From: Candidatus Staskawiczbacteria bacterium
Lineage (GTDB): Bacteria > Patescibacteriota > Minisyncoccia > Minisyncoccales > Staskawiczbacteraceae
Direction: 5' to 3'
NCBI GenBank assembly: GCA_903835075.1
Contig: CAILLM010000004.1
Coordinates: forward strand, 16,532-80,531
DNA length: 64,000 nucleotides
The notes beneath the pieces were generated by a model, which searched no databases, had not been told where the DNA came from, and was given only the letters and a program-made list of their open reading frames with translations. Below, piece by piece: positions 10,621-18,053 of this stretch. Position 1 is the stretch's first letter; each line of letters starts with the position of its first letter. Position numbers and translations under genes: made by a program.

Positions 10621-11420
10621 TGAAGGCTCAAATAAAAAATTACAATGAAGTTGCCAGAATCGCCAGAATAAAGGTGCTTGATTTGATTTACAAGGCTCAA
10701 ACAAGCCATATGGGGTCAAATTTCTCAGCAATAGACATACTTACTGTTTTATATAATACTGCTAATATGGATAAGGATATGAAGCCTGACAGGGATAGAA
10801 TAGTTATATCAAAAGGATGGGTTGCAGCTTCGGTGTATTATTTTTTATCAGAAAAAGGCATAATCCCAAAAGAAGATTTAGAAACCTTCTGTCAAAACGG
10901 AAGCAAATATGTTGGATTGGTTGAACCAGAAGTAAGGGGCATAGAAGCAGCAGGAGGGTCCATGGGTTTTGGTCTGCCATTTGGCGTAGGGTTTGCACTT
11001 GCTAAAAAAATTAAAAAAGAAAGGGGTATGGTTTTTGTTTTAATGGGGGACGGAGAAGTTGCCATAGGAACAACCTGGGAGTCTGCTCTAATAGCAGCTC
11101 AACAAAAACTTGATAATTTAACAGTAATTATTGATGCAAATGGATTGCAGGCAATGGGAAAGGTTAATGATGTTTTAAGAATTGAACCATTGAAAGATAA
11201 ATGGAAGGCTTTTGGTTGGGATGTTGAAATAATTGATGGGCATAATTATAAAGCCATAGAAAAAGCAATTGCTACAAAGGGTAATAAGTGTCCTAAAGTT
11301 ATTATTGCCAAAACAATAAAGGGTAAAGGAATTAGTTTTATGGAAGGGGACAATATTTATCATTATAAGGCTCCGTCAAATGAAGAATATCAAGCCGCGT
11401 TAAAAGAACTATCAAAATAA
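10620..11420 (+). CDS. Transketolase, N-terminal (TPP-binding) subunit
   Basis: SHMGSNFSAIDILTVLY and the TPP motif LMGDGEVAIGTTWE. 266 aa, typical of split transketolases. Confidence 0.85.
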   Translation: MKAQIKNYNEVARIARIKVLDLIYKAQTSHMGSNFSAIDILTVLYNTANMDKDMKPDRDRIVISKGWVAASVYYFLSEKGIIPKEDLETFCQNGSKYVGLVEPEVRGIEAAGGSMGFGLPFGVGFALAKKIKKERGMVFVLMGDGEVAIGTTWESALIAAQQKLDNLTVIIDANGLQAMGKVNDVLRIEPLKDKWKAFGWDVEIIDGHNYKAIEKAIATKGNKCPKVIIAKTIKGKGISFMEGDNIYHYKAPSNEEYQAALKELSK

Positions 11421-11446
11421 AAAATATCGCTACGCTACGTAAACTT

Positions 11447-11953
11447 ATGGCAGAAATCATTAAACAACAAGACACAAGAAGGGAATTTATAAGTACCCTT
11501 ATAGAACTTGCCGAAAAAGATGACAAGATAGTTTTGATTATCCCAGATGTAGGATTTAATTATTTAGAAGAATTCCAAACAAAATTTCCTGATAGGTTTT
11601 TTAATTTTGGAGTAACCGAACAAAGTACAATGATAATTGCGGCAGGCTTGGCTCTTTCTGGATACAAGCCCTATGTATACAGTATGATAAATTTTATGGT
11701 TTTTAGACCATATGAAATGGTAAGAAACGCTATTTGCATGCATAACGCTAATGTGAAAATTATTGGAGTTAAGGGGAGTGAAAAATATAAATTTCTAGGA
11801 TTTAGCCACAATCTTCTTGTTGAAAATGAAGACATAAAGGTCTTAGAAAATTTACCAAATCTTAAGTCATTTGTTATAACGGATCCAAAAGAAGTTAGAA
11901 AAACTATATTAGATACATATAAAAGTAATTCACCTTGTTATATAAGAATTTAA
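11447..11953 (+). CDS. Transketolase-family pyrimidine-binding (Pyr) domain subunit, lacking the usual C-terminal domain
   Basis: FNFGVTEQSTMIIAAGLALSGYKPYVYS block, ending at ...SPCYIRI, which normally marks the end of the Pyr domain. Only 168 aa. Confidence 0.7.
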   Translation: MAEIIKQQDTRREFISTLIELAEKDDKIVLIIPDVGFNYLEEFQTKFPDRFFNFGVTEQSTMIIAAGLALSGYKPYVYSMINFMVFRPYEMVRNAICMHNANVKIIGVKGSEKYKFLGFSHNLLVENEDIKVLENLPNLKSFVITDPKEVRKTILDTYKSNSPCYIRI

Positions 11954-11963
11954 AAAATAAATT

Positions 11964-13064
11964 ATGAGTAAAGTCCCATTTGTTGGTTACAAATTACAAT
12001 ATCAGAATTTAAAGAATGAAATTGATTTTGCAATGCAGGATGTTTTGGCTAGGGGAGATTTAATTATGCGAAAAGACAACGATGAATTTGAAGCCAAATT
12101 AGCAGAATTTGTTGGTACAAAATATGCAATTGGATTAAATAGCGGGACAGACGCATTGTTTTTATCTTTATTAGCCTTAGGCATTGGAAAGGGTGATGAA
12201 GTAATTACTGTTTCTCATACATTTGTTGCCTCTATCGCTGTTATTGTTCAAGCAGGGGCTACTCCAGTGTTAATTGAAGTAGGCGAAGATTTCGAAATGG
12301 ATGTTGATAGCCTTGAAAAAGCTATTACAGAAAAAACAAAAGCGATTATTCCAGTACACTATAACGGCAGAATGGCTGACATGGATAAAATTATGGAAAT
12401 TGCAAAAAAGCATAATTTACATGTTATTGAGGACGCTGCTCAGGGGTTGGGTTCTAGCTTAAATGGGAAAAGAGCAGGCTCAATTGGAATAACTGGATGT
12501 TATAGCTTTTACCCTGCAAAAATATTAGGATGTTTTGGGGACGGCGGGGCACTAACAACAAATGACGAATCAATAATAGAAAAAATTAAATTGTTTCGCG
12601 ACCATGGCCAAAAAACAAAAACAGAATTAGTTTGTTTTGGTTGGAATTCAAGACTAGACAACCTTCAGGCAGCTGTTTTGAATGTAAAAATGAAACATTT
12701 GACCCAATGGCTTGAGAGAAGAAGAGAAATTGCCAAAATATATAATAAAGGCTTGGCTAATGTGGCACAAGTAAAAACACCTTTTGGATTTGAATCTGAA
12801 AACAGGTATGATGTTTTTCAAAATTATGTTTTAAGAGCAGAAAGAAGAAATGAATTATATGAATTTTTAAAATCACGAGAAATAGAAACCTTAATAAAAG
12901 ATCCTGTAGCAAACCATATTCAAGCTGGGTTAAATTTATCGCAATTTAATCTTCCTTTTAGTGTACAACTTGCCAAAGAAGTTATTTCTTTGCCTATGTA
13001 CCCAGAATTAACTGACGAACAGATAAATTTAGTTATAGAAAAAGTTAAGGAATTTTACAGATAG
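11964..13064 (+). CDS. DegT/DnrJ/EryC1/StrS-family PLP-dependent sugar aminotransferase
   Basis: GDEVITVSHTFVAS, HVIEDAAQGLGS and SFYPAKILG (PLP lysine region). Confidence 0.85.
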   Translation: MSKVPFVGYKLQYQNLKNEIDFAMQDVLARGDLIMRKDNDEFEAKLAEFVGTKYAIGLNSGTDALFLSLLALGIGKGDEVITVSHTFVASIAVIVQAGATPVLIEVGEDFEMDVDSLEKAITEKTKAIIPVHYNGRMADMDKIMEIAKKHNLHVIEDAAQGLGSSLNGKRAGSIGITGCYSFYPAKILGCFGDGGALTTNDESIIEKIKLFRDHGQKTKTELVCFGWNSRLDNLQAAVLNVKMKHLTQWLERRREIAKIYNKGLANVAQVKTPFGFESENRYDVFQNYVLRAERRNELYEFLKSREIETLIKDPVANHIQAGLNLSQFNLPFSVQLAKEVISLPMYPELTDEQINLVIEKVKEFYR

Positions 13065-13069
13065 AAAAT

Positions 13070-14944
13070 ATGTCATTTATAAAAAAAACATCAACAACAA
13101 GATTTATATTTTTCTTGATTTTTGATGTAATTTTAATATCAATTTCTATTTATATTTCATTTCTTCTAAGATTTGATGGAACAATCCCTGCAGAATATTT
13201 AGTTAATCAAGGTATCCAGAAAGTAATATTTTGGACATTATTAATTTGTTTACCTATTTTTTATTTTTTTAAATTATATTCTTTTTCATGGTCTTATGTG
13301 AGCACGCAAGAGCTAGTATCATTGTTCAAAGCAACAACACTCGGGTTTATTTTTTTGGGAATTATTATATTTTTTTCTAAGGAGTTCCCGTTATTTACTG
13401 GGTTTCCTAGGTCGGTTTTTATTATTAGTTATTTTTTAATTTTTATATCTTGTGGTGCTTTAAGATTATCAAAAAGAATCTATCTAATGATAACCAGTGA
13501 CACCAAGAGCACAGAAAAAGAAAAAACTATAATTGTTGGAGCTGGTGATGCTGGAGAGCAAATATTGAGAAGTATAATTTCTTCTACTGAGAATTTGTAT
13601 TCTCCTGTTGGGTTTGTTGATGACGGAAATATAAAACAAGGCATAACAATCCACGGGCTAAAGGTAATGGGCAGGGTTAAAGATATCCCAGAAATTGTAA
13701 AAGAAAATAATATTAAGCAAATAATAATCGCATTACCATCTGCTGGTAGTAGCAAAATAAGAGAAGCCGTTGAGCTAGCCAGAAAGTCAGGTGTAATTAA
13801 AATAAAAATAGCTCCAGCCCTATCAGAGATTATAGCAGGATCAGTGTCTTTTAAAAATTTGAAAAATGTGGGGGTAGAAGATTTGCTTGGACGGGAGGAG
13901 GTTTTATTAGACACAAAACAAATAGAATCCTTTGTAAAAGATAAAGTAGTTTTAATAACTGGGGCCGCTGGTTCAATTGGGTCAGAATTATCTAGGCAAA
14001 TAGCGAAATTCAAACCATCAACACTTATATTATTAGATCAAGATGAAACGGGTATTTTTAATATTTCCAAAGAATTGGATAATAATTTTTCAGGTTTAAA
14101 AATGGAGAGGATAGTCGCAGATGTAACGGATAAAGAAAAAATAAATAAAATTTTAAATAAATTAAAACCAGAAATTGTTTTTCATGCCGCGGCTTACAAG
14201 CACGTCCCCTTAATGGAAGAAAATGCAACTGAAGCAGTAAAGAATAATATTTTTGGTACAAAAAATTTAGTTGAAGCATCTATTGCCTCGGGTGTGGAAA
14301 AGTTTATTTTTATTTCAACTGATAAAGCTATAAATCCAACATCTATAATGGGTTGCACGAAAAGAGTTGGGGAAATGATCTGCCAGTTATTTAATAAAAA
14401 AGAAGCCACGAAATTTATTTCCGTAAGATTTGGTAATGTGTTAAATAGTAGGGGAAGTGTTATCCCAATTTTCAGAGAGCAAATCAAAAGAGGCGGGCCG
14501 ATAGAGGTCACTCACCCCGATATGAAAAGATATTTTATGCTAACGTCCGAGGCGTGCCTTTTGGTGTTAGAAGCAGCTGCCATGGGGCAAGGTGGCGAGG
14601 TTTTTGTTTTGGATATGGGCGAACCAGTTAAAATATTAGATTTAGCTAAAGAAATGGTTAAATTGTCCGGGCTTCAGCTCGATAAAGATATAGCTATTGT
14701 TTTTACGGGTATAAGACCTGGGGAAAAATTATTTGAAGAAATTCTTTCTGCAGAAGAGGGGACTGCTACAACTAAAAATAAAAAAATATTTATAGCAAAA
14801 CTTTCTAATATTAATTTTGAAAACTTTGATCAAAAAATTAATGAATTGCATAACGATTTTATAAAAATGGAACGAAAAGATATAGGAAATTCCCTAAAGA
14901 GAATTATTCCATCTTTTAGTCCCGACACCTCGTCTGATTTTTAA
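13070..14944 (+). CDS. Membrane-anchored nucleotide-sugar 4,6-dehydratase (CapD/PglF/WbpM family)
   Basis: N-terminal TM helices, IVGAGDAGEQ and VLITGAAGSIGSEL Rossmann motifs, AAYKHVPLME, FISTDKAINPTSIMGCTKR. Confidence 0.85.
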   Translation: MSFIKKTSTTRFIFFLIFDVILISISIYISFLLRFDGTIPAEYLVNQGIQKVIFWTLLICLPIFYFFKLYSFSWSYVSTQELVSLFKATTLGFIFLGIIIFFSKEFPLFTGFPRSVFIISYFLIFISCGALRLSKRIYLMITSDTKSTEKEKTIIVGAGDAGEQILRSIISSTENLYSPVGFVDDGNIKQGITIHGLKVMGRVKDIPEIVKENNIKQIIIALPSAGSSKIREAVELARKSGVIKIKIAPALSEIIAGSVSFKNLKNVGVEDLLGREEVLLDTKQIESFVKDKVVLITGAAGSIGSELSRQIAKFKPSTLILLDQDETGIFNISKELDNNFSGLKMERIVADVTDKEKINKILNKLKPEIVFHAAAYKHVPLMEENATEAVKNNIFGTKNLVEASIASGVEKFIFISTDKAINPTSIMGCTKRVGEMICQLFNKKEATKFISVRFGNVLNSRGSVIPIFREQIKRGGPIEVTHPDMKRYFMLTSEACLLVLEAAAMGQGGEVFVLDMGEPVKILDLAKEMVKLSGLQLDKDIAIVFTGIRPGEKLFEEILSAEEGTATTKNKKIFIAKLSNINFENFDQKINELHNDFIKMERKDIGNSLKRIIPSFSPDTSSDF

Positions 14945-14949
14945 TTTTA

Positions 14950-14958
14950 TGATAGAAT
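14950..14958 (+). promoter_or_regulatory. Extended -10 promoter element TGATAGAAT
   Basis: TGnTAGAAT lies 14 nt upstream of ATG 14973. An identical 9-mer recurs at 55406. Confidence 0.35.
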
Positions 14959-14972
14959 AAAATATCAAGATA

Positions 14973-16658
14973 ATGAAATTTAGCAATTGTAAAAAATTAA
15001 TTTTTCTGGCTGGAGTATTTTTGTCTTTGTTGGCTGGGAGTGTTTCTGCTACCAGCGTTGGTGACACGGTCAGTTTTAATGTAGATAAAAGTTTTGATAT
15101 TAGTGCTAGAACGCAATTATCAGCAACCTTAATTAAAACTAGCTCTAAGCTATATTTTTACATAGACAAAATTTGGTGGGAGGCACAAACAACAATAAGG
15201 CAAAATCAGATTTTATCCAATTTAGATAATTTATCGTCTGAATTCGATGCTAATATTTATCCTAGGTTAACTTCTTCTTTTGGTTCAGAATGGAGCCCAG
15301 GCATAGATGGTGATTCTAAAATTACTATTTTGTTAGAACCAATGAACAGTGCTGAGGGCGGTTATTTTAGAGAAGCCGATGAATATGAAAAAATCCAAAT
15401 GCCAGTTTCTAACGAAAGGGAAATGTTGTATTTGGCAGTTTCTAGTATTGATAACCAAAATGCAAAAGTAGTTTTGGCTCATGAATTTACCCATTTAATA
15501 ACTTTTAATCAAAAGAACAAGATTTATGGAGTTGAGGAAGAAACATGGCTGAATGAAGCAAGGGCTGACTATTCGTCAACAATTTTAGGTTACGACGACA
15601 ATTATGAGGGCAGTAATTTGCAACAAAGAGTCAAAGACTTTGTAGAAAACTCTTCAGACTCTATAACCGATTGGACTGGCACAAAATATGATTATGCTAG
15701 CGTTAGTTTGTTTATGCATTATTTGGTTGATCATTATGGTATTAATATTCTAAATAATTCTTTGAAATCTAGGGCAGTTGGTACAGAAAGCATAAATCAA
15801 GCTCTTTTGAGTGGTGGTTTCCAGCAAAATTTTTCACAAATTTTTACTGATTGGACTATAGCATTGGTAGTAAATGATTGTTCTCAAAATTCAAAGTATT
15901 GTTACACTAATCAAAATTTAAAAAATTTAAGAATTAATCCAGCCCTTATATTTTTGCCTTTAAGTGGAGATAGTTCATTGTCTTCTACTAGCACTACTAA
16001 AAATTGGACGGGTAATTGGCAAAAAATTATTGGAGGCAATGGAAGTTTAAAGTTAAATTTTTCAAATTCTTCAGGTCTTAATTTCCAGGTTCCATATATA
16101 GCCTATGATAAAAATAATAATTATTCAGTAAAGTTTTTAACATTCGATCAAGATAAAAAAGGTGAAATTAGTATCGCAGATTTTGGGACAAAATATAATG
16201 CTGTGATTATTATTCCTTCATTACAGGTTAATTTTCCCGTGGTTGATGGTGCTGGTGTCACTTACCGTTACAGTTTTACAGTTTCAATAGCAGGTAATAA
16301 TCCAATTGCACCAGACCAGTCAGTTATACAAAAACTTTTGGCGCAAATAGATTCTTTGAAAAAACAAATAGCAATTATTTTAGCTCAAAAACAGGGTGGA
16401 GCAACAACCCCTGGCGCGTCTTGCCAAATAACAGGAAATCTTTATTATGGTATGTATAGCAACAGTAATGTAAGGTGCTTGCAGCTATTTTTGAAAACCC
16501 AGGGATCGTCCATGTATTCTGGTTTGGTAACAGGATATTTTGGTCCGTTAACAAAATCTGCAGTAATAAAATTTCAAACAAAATATTCTTTATCAACCAC
16601 AGGAAATGTGGATGAGCCAACAAGAATAAAAATAAATCAAATGTTAAATGGCGGATAA
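14973..16658 (+). CDS. Secreted HExxH-motif protein with a C-terminal coiled segment and peptidoglycan-binding-like domain
   Basis: Signal peptide (MKFSNCKKLIFLAGVFLSLLAGSVSA), HEFTH zinc-protease-like motif, and a C-terminal YFGPLTKSAVIKFQTKYSL...TGNVDEPT pattern (PG_binding_1-like). Confidence 0.5.
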   Translation: MKFSNCKKLIFLAGVFLSLLAGSVSATSVGDTVSFNVDKSFDISARTQLSATLIKTSSKLYFYIDKIWWEAQTTIRQNQILSNLDNLSSEFDANIYPRLTSSFGSEWSPGIDGDSKITILLEPMNSAEGGYFREADEYEKIQMPVSNEREMLYLAVSSIDNQNAKVVLAHEFTHLITFNQKNKIYGVEEETWLNEARADYSSTILGYDDNYEGSNLQQRVKDFVENSSDSITDWTGTKYDYASVSLFMHYLVDHYGINILNNSLKSRAVGTESINQALLSGGFQQNFSQIFTDWTIALVVNDCSQNSKYCYTNQNLKNLRINPALIFLPLSGDSSLSSTSTTKNWTGNWQKIIGGNGSLKLNFSNSSGLNFQVPYIAYDKNNNYSVKFLTFDQDKKGEISIADFGTKYNAVIIIPSLQVNFPVVDGAGVTYRYSFTVSIAGNNPIAPDQSVIQKLLAQIDSLKKQIAIILAQKQGGATTPGASCQITGNLYYGMYSNSNVRCLQLFLKTQGSSMYSGLVTGYFGPLTKSAVIKFQTKYSLSTTGNVDEPTRIKINQMLNGG

Positions 16659-17625
16659 AATATTTGAACAACTTAAGAAAGAATTGCACGGAGTTGAAAA
16701 AAACTTAGTGTTAAAAAATCATACTACTTATAAAATTGGCGGGCCAGCCAAGTATTTTTTTCTTGCCAAAAATAAAGAAAATCTGGTTAAAGCATTAAAT
16801 ATATCTAAAAAATTAAAACTACCAATTTTTATTCTTGGAGGAGGTAGCAATTTATTGATTTCAGATAAAGGGTTTTTTGGCATGGTCATTAAAATAGACA
16901 TTTTAGGGGAACAATTTAATGGAAATAAATTGATAGTAGGAGCTGGGGAGAAATTAACAAAATTATCTTATACATTAGCTGATAAAGGTTTGTCTGGTTT
17001 AGAGTGGGCTACTGGAATTCCTGGGGCTGCGGTTGGTGGGTCAATTTATGGTCATGCTCAAGCATTTGGTACCAAAATTTCAGAAATAATAGAGAGTGTT
17101 GAAGTGATAAATTCAAAAACCTTAGAAATTAAAACATTGACAAAAGAGCAATGTAATTTTTCTTTGAAAAATAGCATTTTCAAAAAAAATAAGAATTTAA
17201 TTATCATTTCAGCTGTTTTAAAATTTAAAGAAAAAAATCCAGAAGAAATAAGAGCGCAGATTAAAGAATTTTTAGAATATAGGCGAACTAAGCACCCAAC
17301 AAATTTCCCCTCTGCTGGCTCGGCTTTTGTAAATCCAGAAAAGAAAATTACAAACAAAAAATTATTAGAAAGGTTCCCAGAGTTAAATGATTTTAATATA
17401 AAGGGGACTATTCCAGCAGGCTACTTAATTGCTAAATCAGGTTTAGCTGGTAAAAAAATAGGTAATGCCCAAATATCTGAAAAACACTCTAATTTTATAA
17501 TTAATCTTGGCGGGGCTTCAGCAAAATGCGTTATGGGATTAATTAATCTGGCAAAGAGAAAAGTGAAGAAAAACTTTGGGATAAATTTAGAAACAGAAAT
17601 TCAATTCGTGGGCTTTAGTAAATAA
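16648..17625 (+). CDS. murB: UDP-N-acetylenolpyruvoylglucosamine reductase
   Basis: FAD-binding domain pattern (HTTYKIGGPAKYF, LGGGSNLL), WATGIPGAAVGGSIYGHAQAFG, GSAFVNP. Confidence 0.85.
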   Translation: MADKIFEQLKKELHGVEKNLVLKNHTTYKIGGPAKYFFLAKNKENLVKALNISKKLKLPIFILGGGSNLLISDKGFFGMVIKIDILGEQFNGNKLIVGAGEKLTKLSYTLADKGLSGLEWATGIPGAAVGGSIYGHAQAFGTKISEIIESVEVINSKTLEIKTLTKEQCNFSLKNSIFKKNKNLIIISAVLKFKEKNPEEIRAQIKEFLEYRRTKHPTNFPSAGSAFVNPEKKITNKKLLERFPELNDFNIKGTIPAGYLIAKSGLAGKKIGNAQISEKHSNFIINLGGASAKCVMGLINLAKRKVKKNFGINLETEIQFVGFSK

Positions 17626-17646
17626 TGCTATAATTAAACAAAAACA

Positions 17647-17994
17647 ATGAAAATAATAATCAAAACAAAGAATTTAGAACAAAGCGAATCATTAAATAAT
17701 TTTATAGAAAAAAAGTTTGAAACCATCCAAAAGTTTATAGATGACTCTAAAATGTTGGCAGAAGTATTTGTTGAAATAGAAAAAGAGACTAAACATCATA
17801 AGAAGGGTGAAATATTTTTAGTTAAAGCACAAGTGATTATTTCTGGTAAAAATATAATTTCTGAAGTTAGTGGAGAGGATCTATTTGTAACAGTTGGGCA
17901 AGCAAAAGATGAATTGAAAAATGAAATTGAAAAATATTCACAAAAAAAGATTGATATTAACCGCAAAGAAGCCAGAAAATTAAAGGAAAGATAA
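17647..17994 (+). CDS. hpf: Ribosome hibernation-promoting factor (short HPF/RaiA)
   Basis: 115 aa with the typical S30AE pattern (KNLEQSESLNNFIEKKF ... HKKGEIFLVKAQV ... DLFVTVGQAKDEL). Confidence 0.8.
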   Translation: MKIIIKTKNLEQSESLNNFIEKKFETIQKFIDDSKMLAEVFVEIEKETKHHKKGEIFLVKAQVIISGKNIISEVSGEDLFVTVGQAKDELKNEIEKYSQKKIDINRKEARKLKER

Positions 17995-18010
17995 ATTACT
18001 AAAACCATGA

Positions 18011-18036
18011 AACCGCATTGAATTAATGCGGTTTTT
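18011..18036 (+). terminator. Rho-independent terminator after hpf
   Basis: aaccgcatt / aatgcggtt 9-bp stem with a 5-nt loop, followed by a T-run. Confidence 0.7.
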
Positions 18037-18053
18037 CGTATAAAGTTATATAT

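Noticed and set aside
13480-14013. 177-aa minus-strand ORF inside the CapD/PglF-like gene
   Set aside because: It is entirely antisense to a well-supported CDS. The sequence is low-complexity and Ser/Ile/Phe-rich, typical of a shadow frame in AT-rich DNA.
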